A stretch of 64,000 nt of DNA from Zancudomyces culisetae HAW-14-8 (Eukaryota; Fungi; Kickxellomycota): NCBI GenBank assembly GCA_052426225.1, contig JBNJNM010000015.1, forward strand, positions 1,178,001-1,242,000, written 5' to 3'. Numbering within the stretch: position 1 is the stretch's first letter; each line of letters starts with the position of its first letter. The notes below the pieces were generated by a model. The model was not told where the DNA came from and did no database searches. It worked only from the letters and a program-made list of their open reading frames with translations. This document shows positions 49,501-57,820 of the stretch, in pieces. The position numbers were made by a program, and so were the translations under genes.

Positions 49501-50196
49501 TCCACTCGCATCACTTCCACATTGGGTGCTACCAGTCCGTCTTCTGTAGATATTCGTGCCAATACTAACGATACTAAATCCTCTAGTCTTCACCTACCCA
49601 TAAACAACGACGACAACAGCAACAACGACAACAACAGCAACAACAGCAACAACTTTAATAGTACTAATACCAATTACCAACGCTTTGATGATTTCTACAA
49701 ACAAATTGCTCTCAAAAAGCTTGTTTCCAAATCAATCACTTCATCTCTGAAAAAAAAGGCTGTTATCCGAGACGAATTGATTCGTGGCCTTGATACCCTC
49801 AACATTTCCTACACCGAAGGCTCTGGATACTTTTATTGCTTTCTGAGCGAACCACGCAAGGAGTCTACTATGCTCCCCAGGCTACCTTCACCATCGCGTC
49901 ATTCTGCCTCTCTTTCCATTTCATTTTCTTCCTCCGATAAGGTGGAAGTTCAAGCCGAAAGACGACCTGAAAAGAAGGCCGACCTGCGAGCTGAGCAAAA
50001 CTTGGTTTTACTACCTTCGTCTTCAACAGAAGCTATAAACTTTAATGTGCACACGCTGGCATTTTATATTTATCTGGTTAAATTCCCCAGTTATGTTCTT
50101 CCTTCGGCGCACGGAATTGAATTTATGTTGCATTCTGGTGATTTTATGCGATATAAAGATGTTGTGTCCAAGCTATTGGATACTATTAGAATTTAA
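46576..50196 (+). CDS. KIN1: Ser/Thr kinase Kin1/Kin2 (PAR-1/MARK family) with C-terminal KA1-like domain
   Basis: [44 protein letters not shown]...[36 protein letters not shown]. C-terminal FYIYLVKFP...HGIEF...[14 protein letters not shown] is KA1-like. Confidence 0.93.
   Translation: [1206 protein letters not shown]
49189..49242 (+). repeat. Coding hexamer microsatellite (ACCAAC)n giving a TNTNTN run in Kin1
   Basis: About 9 near-perfect ACCAAC units. Confidence 0.85.
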
Positions 50197-50699
50197 TATC
50201 TTTAATATTTGGTCTACTCTTTTCACTTGTCTTTTGTCTTTTGCCTTTTTTTTTATATTTATTTATTTGTGGCTGTTGTATGTATGTATTTAACTATGGT
50301 ATCATTGACTCTTTTCGTTATACTCGAGTAAATTTTTTTTCCCATCTCATATTCTTTCTTTCTTTCTTTGTTTACCTCATATTTTTTGTAACTTTTAAAT
50401 GGTTATAACTTGATTATACTTTATGTACTTTATGATCTGTGGTGGTGGAGCCTGGGTTAGTTCGTGTTGAAAAAACTTTTTTTTTTCTCTTTTTTCTCTT
50501 TTTTCTCTTTTTTAATAATTTTTAAGCTCTTGAAATTTGATTCACCAAAATAAATAATAATAAAAAAATAATAATGATCACACACGTTTGAAATAACCCA
50601 ATTTCACTTTCTCAATACTTGCAACAAATACAACATCAACACCCTTAATATCGATAATCACTATTAAAGATATAAATAAAAATATAGAAATCACCAACA

Positions 50700-52016
50700 A
50701 TGCACAACAACTTTGGCAATCTCAAAAACCAACAAAAATACACAAGGCAATTAGCAGACATACTCGTGAGTATAAAATCGATCCTTTTGTTTGGCGACAA
50801 AATTGGTCCGCTTCTCGATGAGATTATAGTTCAACACCAGAATCCAAATCCGGAATTCAATAGTAGCAATGGCGTCAATCACATTGACCTTTGGCATCCA
50901 TTTTTAGTAGCTTTTTATTCTAGCAAGAAGGATTTGGATACTCGAATTTCTGGTTGTGGTTCTGGCTCTGGTTCTGGTTCTGTTCCTACCACCCACAGGA
51001 AAACAAAGGAAAACGAAACACAAAGTGGAATACAAAGTGAAAGTGGGAAAATAAACATCACGGATAGTACGGCTAAGACTGATGCATTTAACTTTTTAAA
51101 ACAAAAATATTACGAGTCAGTAATACATCACCATAAAAAAACCGGAAAAACCGTTCAAAAACTCGAGTATATCCTAGAAAACATTGTAAGTTTCTATTTT
51201 TCCTTTCTCGCTGTAACTCTCCTCTATCTCTCTATCTCTCTATCTCTCTATCTCTCTATCTCTCTATCTCTCTATCTCTTTTCCTTCCATAATACTAGTA
51301 CTCCGAAAATTCAATTTTTTTATATATACAATCATATAATAGACTTTTCATTGCAACAAAATTTCTTGCAGTGCATTCGTAACCCAACTAGACGACAAAC
51401 TCATTGACAGTAAAGATAACAGTCAGCAATTCTTGTTATTTTATATAGGTAAGATAATAATAACAGTTACCATTGCTTTTTTTTTTGTTTTTTTCGCTCT
51501 TATTTTCTTGTTATTAATCCAAATATAAGCCAATTGCTATAAATATATTACTTTTAAAGACATTGAATTTTTAAATTGGGGGGGGGGGGGTTTGTAAAAT
51601 TGATTATAGGTACACTGTTATCAAGAATCCACTCAAAATTCCAAAAATATGTTGATCTATTATCTGATCAAATAAAATTGCTAGTAAAGGAAAAATACCT
51701 TGTGGATATAAACGCTTCTAGTGCCCCCGACAATACTATTAATAGTGGCAATAATACCGATGGTGATGATGGTGTTGGTGATGGTGAATCCCAACCTAGT
51801 TCGATCAATTTGGTTGTTTTGGTGTCCTTTTGGCTACACTGGAGGGAGTATTTATCCATCGATATTTCTTCACCAACTGCATCGCTACTATCTTTTAATT
51901 CTGAAGATATTAACAAAACCATTGCAGCCACAATTAGTGAAAGTGTTGATAATGACAAGGCCTGCCCTTTGAACATACAAACGGTGCTTGGTCTGCTGGA
52001 ATCAATCAAATTCTAA
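50700..52016 (+). CDS. Hypothetical protein (332 aa); 3 exons 50700-51185, 51343-51448, 51610-52016
   Basis: Donors gtaagt (51186) and gtaaga (51449) and acceptors tag (51342, 51609) join the two track ORFs through a 106-nt middle exon into one 999-nt frame. No family recognised. Confidence 0.65.
51222..51279. repeat. Intronic 8-mer microsatellite (CTCTATCT)n
   Basis: About 7 tandem copies inside intron 1 of the 50700 gene. Confidence 0.9.
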
Positions 52017-52188
52017 TCACCACCACCCCACCCACCCCACTCACACACACCAATTCGTCAGCAAATATGAATAAGCTTTCTCCTCTTCCTCTCACTGATA
52101 CTTGGGGATGTATAGATATTCGTTTTTTACCTTGTAAATTATTTCGTTATTTCTTTTTATTATTATTACTTGATACCATCCCAATTGA

Positions 52189-55100
52189 TTAAAGTATTTT
52201 GTACTTGTATTTACAATTAAAAACCACAAACACTTTGCTACTAATAACCAGCCCTATACATTTTTCGCGCCGACCATTATTTCCCCCACTACCACCACTT
52301 GTGCCTTTTTTTGTAGTTACCTTTAAATCCTTCAACATTGACATACACTTATTTACAACATACCTGGAATCACTACCATTCCTTCTCTCTGGTAAAATCT
52401 GTGGTGGAACTATTGATGTGTCTGGTGTATCTGTAGCGCGGTAGTTTACCAAGTGAAATTTCAATAATTCCACATATGAACCATCCACATTACTGTGTTT
52501 GTCACTCATATTTTGGCTACTTTTTGCAGTAGTATCAATTGAATTACTCGGTATCCTTGCTGAATTCATAATGTCATACCATCCTTGATACAACGCCTGT
52601 ATAGTTGGATAATGCCTGACTATCGTATTCGATATATCTTGGTTAACATATGGAATGCTTTCCAACAGATCCATATACAATCTCGTCAGTAACACGCTGC
52701 GATCATTTACACTATTCGTTCGGAGTCCAGTATTTCCATAATCATCACCATCGCTAGTATTGATATCACTATTTAGACACATATTTTTCTTCTTTCTACG
52801 AGTTTGTACTGCCTTGGAAAGCACAGCCTTTATGACATTATTGATTTCTTTGACATCTCCGTTGTTTTCGGTTGTACTATTATCTGTTTTGGTGTGTATT
52901 GGTAGGTACGCAATATTTTTAGTAAATGAAATCAATAGCCTGCTCATTTCAGCAGTATTTGCAATATCAGTTATAAAATATACTTTGAAAGCCCCCACGC
53001 CATAATCCACGCCCATATCCGCCTCCATCTCTAGATCGAATACTAATTCCTGAATCTCTGCTGGAGATAACAAGTTCTGCGATTCTGTGTTAGCTGGTTC
53101 CTTGGCCTTCTTGGCTTTTGGTGCCCCACTGCGTTTTCTCTTTTTATTTCTTTTTTCAATGTTGTGGGTATTTCCAAAAGTAGTATAATCTAAAACACGA
53201 TTCTCAGAGTCACAAACTCCGCTCGCTTTCTGCGTCTCACCATCTATTCTTTCGAGCGCATTCGTGACTCCATTACCACAACTATCGCCATCGCTACCGC
53301 CGCCACTTGTATAACCATAATAACTATCGCTGCTACCATTATAATTGCTAGAATACATACCGCTACCGTTACTATCATTACCACTATTGTTATCTTCAAA
53401 AGCGCAATCTACTCTTGTAAAGCTTGCGTTGTCGGTAATGGTGCTATTGTTTCGGGAACTCAGATGTACTGGAAAGGGTGGCAACCCATTCTTATCCCTA
53501 ACAACATTCTTAGGCGCAGGCAGTGATTGTTGCATCGCACTTTCTGGGTTAGTAAACATATCATCATTGCTGCTATTGTTCTTGGAGTTTTTCCTGAAGC
53601 TATTTCCACTACTGCTGATATTGATATTAATATTTTTTTCCGTTATTTCTTTGACAGACCGTGCAAACCTTCTCGCCGCGCTTGACTTATAACGCTTTTT
53701 GTATCCATTGTAATCATAAACCACCACATACGCTTGTTTACTGCCTGCTATTGTCATCTGTGTCTTGAAATGGTTTATAAGTTGACGCGCATCTTTATCA
53801 TACTTGTTCGCCAGCTGTGAAAAGGTTTCACAATTGTAAATAGCCAAAACTCGATCTACCTGTTCAACATACGGCTTTTCATTTGGTATAAATATATCTT
53901 GTTCCATGTCATATGTTATTTCGTGATTTCTCTTCCATGATATAATGTTATACCCCTCACCACCACATTTGATTGCATAGCCGATTCCCGCATCTCGTAA
54001 CTCGTTAAATATCAAATGTTGTTCGCTTTGACCTTCACCTTCCACTCCTGCTTCGCTATCACCACTAACTTGCAGACTATTTTCGCCTGTTTTTCCATTT
54101 TTCCTTCCAAAATCATCTAGGTTTTCTACACTTTTACTCACTTTGGCTCTTTTCTTTCCATGTTTGTTCTTACTTCCACTACTGCCTTTTTCAAATATTT
54201 CCATAACGTTTAGGCCAAATTCAACGACAATATTTCGCAATAAAATACTCTTTAAATTATCCCTTCCATTTATTCTCCCTATAACCCTGGCCCTCTCCTT
54301 TTCTGTTTGCTTTACCCTCTTTGTATCAATTGTCCGAGTTGCAATCCCCTCACTTTGTTTCTCCTTTGTGTTTACATTAATTACATCGTTAATGCTTTCA
54401 CTTATCTCTTCGATTTTTTTCTTCAACTCCTTAAATTCGTTGTGTGTGGGTAACGAAAATGTTCTCATTGTCATCTTTTGTGGTGTTCCTTTGCTATTGC
54501 TTTTATAAGGATCTGGATTGCTATCCTGGCTGCTATATCCAATTCTGCTACTTGAAGAAACAAGAATTAGTTCTCTTTCTGACCCTATTCGTGAGGTTTT
54601 AACATCTTTCTGCGGTGAATACCTAATCTCTCCAGCGCCGCTAGGGATCAGATCATCTTGAAAGTCGTTGTAGTCGTACAAACTGTTTATATAATCCTCT
54701 TCATAATCAAACACGCGATCGTTTTCATCAGCAAACTCTGAGGTTTCAGACCTTATATTATCTTTTTGCCTCATAGGAGACTTTCTAAAATATTCATTCT
54801 CACCACTTGAGTAACCACTGGCATGCTTTGGTTTTATCCGATCATCATTTCCACTGCTGTCAGTGCTCTCATACCCAGAAAATTTGTACTTCGAGTAGGC
54901 TTTCATTGTGCTAGTTGGCAAAACTGCATTGTATGTGTTGCGAGTTTCAGTTGTGCTGCCATAACTTCCAAAGTCACTGGCACTTCTTTTCCCCAAAAAG
55001 TTCGCACTATGTCCCTGAGCATATTTATTGGCTACAGTACCTACTTCCTTTGTATTCAAAAGCTTACTAATACGTACGTCTAATTCAGACTCATCGCTAC

Positions 55101-56121
55101 TTAGTTGTATGGGATGTTCTTTTAAATCAAGGCTTGGTTCTAGTTCACTTATAAATGTGTCTACTGCTACATCGTTTATCTGCTCATACTCGTATCTATA
55201 CGATCCATCTTGTTCTGAGCAGAATTCTGGTTGCAAAGCTGAATTTTCTCTACTTTCCTCATCATTAGACTCCTCGATTATATCTGTTTTTACACTCCCG
55301 TCGGATTCATACAGATATTCATAGTTTACCCCTGTATCTACATTAAAACTTTTTTCCTCTATTATACTCATTTCTTCCTGATATACATTTCCAAGTGCAG
55401 AACATGCATCCTTGGTTACTTTATCTCGTTTATCCACTTTTTTTTTTATGATATCCATAGGATTGTAGTTAAAAAAGGTGTCATGTTCGGTTACTTCGTG
55501 GTCTGAAATATTATTATTTGTCGAATGTACGTTTATATCTTCATTTTCGCCCTTCTTTTGCCTATTTCTTTCCTCTGGGGTTGAATTAAAGTTAAACTCA
55601 TCTATATTCCATTTATTCACCTCTTCATGGTCTCTAATAACATCAAACTCGAAACCAAAATCAGTATCTAGCTTTTCGTTGCTCGATTCACATTTATTTT
55701 CATTTTCACACTTTTCCGCAACAAAACTGCTACTTGATAAAAGTACAACTTGTATACGCTCCTCTTCGCTTTCTTTTCCACGCTGTTTTTGAACTTTAAA
55801 ATCATCGTGTGTCTTCTCTCTCTGCTTTTTTTTAATTAGCACCCCCAAAAAATCAGTACTCTCCGTAGACTCCTGTGAACGCTTATCTTTCTCACACTCA
55901 GTATATTCAAAGGACGATCTCTCTCTCAGTTCTATATTTTTAATTGTATCTAGATCTTTGTAGCTATTTTTCTTGTATACCATTTCCGGTGAATCAAGAA
56001 TAATTTCTACACATTCTCTCACTGGCCTTTCATTTTCACTAGTATGGTTACCACCAGCTCCTTTTTCACTGTTACCCAAGTCTGGTGATTCATAATCATA
56101 AGATTCGAGTGCGAATTCCAT
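52189..56121 (-). CDS. EME1: Crossover junction endonuclease non-catalytic subunit Eme1/Mms4-like (1310 aa)
   Basis: Long acidic N-terminus. NIISWKRNHEITYDMEQDIFIP...VDRVLAIY at the entry to the Eme1 ERCC4-like domain; HhH region LYMDLLESIPYVNQDISNTIVRHYPTIQALY; C-terminal KCIGLVISSKVFVVF. The true stop may differ if a terminal intron exists. Confidence 0.75.
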   Translation of the reverse strand: MEFALESYDYESPDLGNSEKGAGGNHTSENERPVRECVEIILDSPEMVYKKNSYKDLDTIKNIELRERSSFEYTECEKDKRSQESTESTDFLGVLIKKKQREKTHDDFKVQKQRGKESEEERIQVVLLSSSSFVAEKCENENKCESSNEKLDTDFGFEFDVIRDHEEVNKWNIDEFNFNSTPEERNRQKKGENEDINVHSTNNNISDHEVTEHDTFFNYNPMDIIKKKVDKRDKVTKDACSALGNVYQEEMSIIEEKSFNVDTGVNYEYLYESDGSVKTDIIEESNDEESRENSALQPEFCSEQDGSYRYEYEQINDVAVDTFISELEPSLDLKEHPIQLSSDESELDVRISKLLNTKEVGTVANKYAQGHSANFLGKRSASDFGSYGSTTETRNTYNAVLPTSTMKAYSKYKFSGYESTDSSGNDDRIKPKHASGYSSGENEYFRKSPMRQKDNIRSETSEFADENDRVFDYEEDYINSLYDYNDFQDDLIPSGAGEIRYSPQKDVKTSRIGSERELILVSSSSRIGYSSQDSNPDPYKSNSKGTPQKMTMRTFSLPTHNEFKELKKKIEEISESINDVINVNTKEKQSEGIATRTIDTKRVKQTEKERARVIGRINGRDNLKSILLRNIVVEFGLNVMEIFEKGSSGSKNKHGKKRAKVSKSVENLDDFGRKNGKTGENSLQVSGDSEAGVEGEGQSEQHLIFNELRDAGIGYAIKCGGEGYNIISWKRNHEITYDMEQDIFIPNEKPYVEQVDRVLAIYNCETFSQLANKYDKDARQLINHFKTQMTIAGSKQAYVVVYDYNGYKKRYKSSAARRFARSVKEITEKNININISSSGNSFRKNSKNNSSNDDMFTNPESAMQQSLPAPKNVVRDKNGLPPFPVHLSSRNNSTITDNASFTRVDCAFEDNNSGNDSNGSGMYSSNYNGSSDSYYGYTSGGGSDGDSCGNGVTNALERIDGETQKASGVCDSENRVLDYTTFGNTHNIEKRNKKRKRSGAPKAKKAKEPANTESQNLLSPAEIQELVFDLEMEADMGVDYGVGAFKVYFITDIANTAEMSRLLISFTKNIAYLPIHTKTDNSTTENNGDVKEINNVIKAVLSKAVQTRRKKKNMCLNSDINTSDGDDYGNTGLRTNSVNDRSVLLTRLYMDLLESIPYVNQDISNTIVRHYPTIQALYQGWYDIMNSARIPSNSIDTTAKSSQNMSDKHSNVDGSYVELLKFHLVNYRATDTPDTSIVPPQILPERRNGSDSRYVVNKCMSMLKDLKVTTKKGTSGGSGGNNGRREKCIGLVISSKVFVVFNCKYKYKIL

Positions 56122-56848
56122 TTTATCATGAGTTTTCAGTTTTTCCTCTTGCTGATTCCTGTACCCTCATACAAAGACAAAGCAAAGGCAATCCGGCTAT
56201 TTTTTAAAAAAGGGAGAGTGTGTTCTGAAAGGATTAAAATATCCAACTCCTCTTATAGTTGTCCATGGCACGAAATATACTTTTAAAACAATACTTTATT
56301 GCTGTTCTCAATGTATCTTGGACTTTTTTTTTTTGCATTTTAGAATTCAATCCAGTTGATTTGAGGGGAGTAGAAGGCCTTGATTTGCCTTGTTTGTTTA
56401 CTTGTTTGTAAATGAATGGCTAGATAATTATATTATATTCGATGAACCTGGAGCCTCAATCAAATCACCCCCCCTTATAACCCCACTACTCTTAGTGAGA
56501 GTGGGAGAAATAACACATATCAGGATAATTGGTATGATTTGTAGAGGTACCTCAATCTTTACCCTCTTGCCTCTAGGCTCCAGGCTCTTCATAACCCATA
56601 TACTCTATTTTTATTCTTCATGATTGCTGTTGCCACTTGTTAGGTGTGTCCTGTTTTTTAACGTTTATTCTTGGCTCACATACAGAACGCCTAAACCCAG
56701 ATTCGGGTCTGCTGTATCTTTATTACGAGTAGTGAATATATTTATTACTTACTAATTTTTTGGTAACAAAAAACACCACTACTAATCTAAATGTAAAGTA
56801 GGTGGTAAATACATGCTGAAAAGTTGATTAATAAATTGTTAAAGTTCA

Positions 56849-57820
56849 CTAAATATCTCTACTTGCTGCTTCCGGTACAGTTATCTTTGCTCCCTCCATT
56901 ACAGCATCGAGTTTTACTTGACAGCCCAGTCTCGATTGATCTCTGACGTATCTATACAGAAAAACGATTCCTCCAGATTATTTTTCTTGTTATCTTATAG
57001 CAAATGTGCGGGTATGGAATAACATCAATTGTAAATGAAATAGTAGATATAATATTTCAAATTACCTATTTCCAATATATGTTGAAAGTTCCAACATGTC
57101 AACTTCTTCATCAGATGGTTCGCCAAGTTGTTTGTACATATTTTTTTCGAACAAAACGTGACAGGTTGTACACGAACAAGACCCTCCGCATATCCCTACA
57201 TATAAATTAAGTCAATTATCAAAAAAAATGACCTTTTTTCTTTGGTGTTTGTTGATAAAATGTGAATCCTAAATGGGAATAAGCACAAAACATTTTAAAA
57301 AGACCAGCAAGTTACCCTCCATGTTAATACCAGAGGCCTGGGCTAGTTCTAAAATCGTACAGCCGATGTTTCCGCAGGCAGAAACAACTTTGTTAGATAA
57401 AACAAACTGAATGTTTACTTTGCTATAAATGTGTAAAAAGTATGAAAATTAGAATTGGTACGCTTTCTCCCCAATCTTGAAGTAGATGCAATGGCCATGA
57501 ATGCACATATAGACAGAGATATTTTATGTACCTATTATCTGCCAGCGACATTTTACTGTCTATACATTTAAATACGCGTATTGGTTAAGTGGTAGGTATA
57601 TTTGCTTATGAGGGCTTGGTGCTTTGGATATTTTCATTTTCATTTTGATTTATATAAAATATCTCGCTTGGTTAGAAACATTAACACCAAATGAAAGAAG
57701 AGAGTATAATTGTACCCTCAGAACTGGTTTAATAAATATATTCTTACTTTTAATAAAATATCGCGATAATTGTTGTCTTCGTTTAGCATTCTTATTAAAC
57801 AGCCCTACTCTTCGAATCAT
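56849..57820 (-). CDS. Mitochondrial adrenodoxin-type [2Fe-2S] ferredoxin (Yah1/FDX family), about 143 aa; 5 exons 57820-57748, 57559-57532, 57422-57316, 57195-57066, 56942-56849
   Basis: Not in the ORF track. Spliced: MIRRVGLFNKNAKRRQQLSRYFIKNSKMSLADNSKVNIQF...TILELAQASGINMEGICGGSCSCTTCHV...EPSDEEVDMLEL...SRLGCQVKLDAVMEGAKITVP. C-x5-C-x2-C...C ligand set, Arg-rich presequence, all phases consistent. The two 5' exons are less certain than the core. Confidence 0.88.

Noticed and set aside
57423-57507. Alternative ferredoxin exon MCIHGHCIYFKIGEK resembling the Yah1 'HGH' segment
   Set aside because: It needs a 39-nt intron and has an in-frame stop just upstream; the 5-exon model with a proper presequence fits better.
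2685-57820. Six mitochondrial-protein genes (PGS1, OPA3, ATP3, EF-Ts, b5-reductase-like, ferredoxin) as a functional cluster
   Set aside because: Dispersed among unrelated genes, different pathways, no shared motif seen; compatible with chance.
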